Shown piece after piece: positions 62,531 to 64,000 of a stretch of DNA of 64,000 bases. The stretch is from the NCBI RefSeq assembly GCF_036321535.1, contig NC_087436.1, positions 97,714,001 through 97,778,000 on the forward strand. Direction: 5' to 3'. The notes beneath the pieces were generated by a model. The model had not been told where the DNA came from. It saw only the letters and a list, made by a program, of their open reading frames with translations, and made no database searches. The translations under genes were made by a program, and so were the position numbers. Numbering within the stretch: the stretch's first letter is position 1; each line of letters begins with the position of its first letter. This DNA is from Camelus dromedarius. Lineage: Eukaryota.

Positions 62531-64000
62531 TTCAATCAGAGTGAAATTGAAGGAGATTTTATATAAATAATTGTTAACTCAGTTGATTGTAAATGGAAAT
62601 GAGGAAAAAAGAAAAGTGAATTCAAAGATGAATTTAAGAGAATAAGCAGTATTAAGATGCTTTCTATCTAGGAAATGATTTGGGGATGGAAAGGGATACA
62701 ATTCAAGTGGGAAGATGCGGGTCATTAAGAGAGAGAAAAGGCATACATTCATATCATACTTTGATTTTTTATCTTGGCTTTTCCAATGTCAGTGCAAATG
62801 ACGGGTAATACATAACAGAGGGAAGCAATGAACTGGCTACTTTAATTTGGATGAAATTTCCTTTATATTCACAGCATCTTATAGATGTATGACACTTCAA
62901 TAATTACTTGGTACTGTCAGAGACAAGTATTTGATATAATCTTGTCCAAGGAGAAGGAGAACATTATCCCCCATTATTTTTCCCAATAATTAATGAAAGC
63001 ATTCATTTCTATATGTTTTATTAAAACTACGGGAACTAACTACTCCCATTTTCCTCCTCCTCATCTGCTCAACAGTAAACTCACTGCAGTCATGAAAATA
63101 TTATTCTTCATCATTTTCCTAACATGTATGCACTATATTCATCTTGATTTATATAAATCACAGATGATGTTTATGACCCATCATATACAAGAGATAATTA
63201 TTCAGATTAATTAACATTAATATGCTACTTTCATTTTTGTCATGTAGATGCTGTGTATCAGTTTGGTTCCAAATAATGTGCAATGTGGGATGTTATACTA
63301 GTGAATTGATTTTAAAATATGACAGCACTCACAATTAGCAATGAATATATCTAAAGAATTACACTTTTGCAGTTTCTTTGATTGAAATACCTTGTTTTTA
63401 GGGAAAATTTTTGCAGAGTTTTTATCACAAGTAATTTTTTAAATATTGTAGCTAAACTGCACATATGCTTTTCAAGTTGAGTACATGATACATGTCCAAC
63501 TTTTTTAATACTTCAGTGACATCACTTTTGTATAAGAAGCCATGAGAAATCATTTTTCACTTGAGCTTTTTCAAGTAACATAAGCTTGCACTCAGACTTG
63601 AAAGGATGGCAGAAATGCAGTGAGGAGCAAAAAAGATATGCCGACCTTTTCACAGAGAAATCAGATTTTTAAATTAAAGAGAGCTTAATGGAGAAATGAC
63701 AAAGTTAATTATAATGTACAGATGAGTAGAGCCTTCTATTTGAAATTGAATCACCTGAGGTGGTTTTCTTTTTACCTGCCTTCAGAACCCAAAGGATCAA
63801 GCAAGATTCCTTTTTCTATCTTGGTTAATTCCATTATCTTGAAAAAAATATTCATCTATTTCAAATTTTAGATTTGTCATCTACACATTAAATGTAATAA
63901 TTCTATACAGATAACAGGTTGTTATATGAAATGAAAATACTTATAAACTAGTAACTATGTTTAAGATATTGTGGGAAAAAGTAAAATAAATAAAATTATT

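Overview
AT-rich, CpG-depleted mammalian genomic DNA with no CpG island and no intact multi-exon gene recognisable. It is probably camelid (alpaca/camel), inferred from four tRNA-derived vic-1-like SINEs and a recurring L1 3'UTR type. Most of the window is interspersed repeats: L1, L2, MIR, MaLR/MLT1, MLT2, ERV1/ERVL solo LTRs and MER5A1. The main gene-derived feature is a decayed processed EEF1A1 pseudogene on the minus strand (about 18053-21585). It starts at the 5'TOP cap site, is intronless, runs about 570 nt past the canonical ATTAAA poly(A) site, and ends with no poly(A) tail. It interrupts an L2, and a younger L1 has inserted exactly at its poly(A) signal. Also present: a candidate 3'-terminal coding exon of an unidentified plus-strand gene (6901 to about 7180), an L1 with both ends but two large internal deletions, two twin-primed inverted L1s, and several solo LTRs that retain promoter or enhancer motifs. 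Repeat family names come from my recognition of consensus sequences, not from a database search. I see no clearly new biological system; the most notable items are unusual retrotransposition products.
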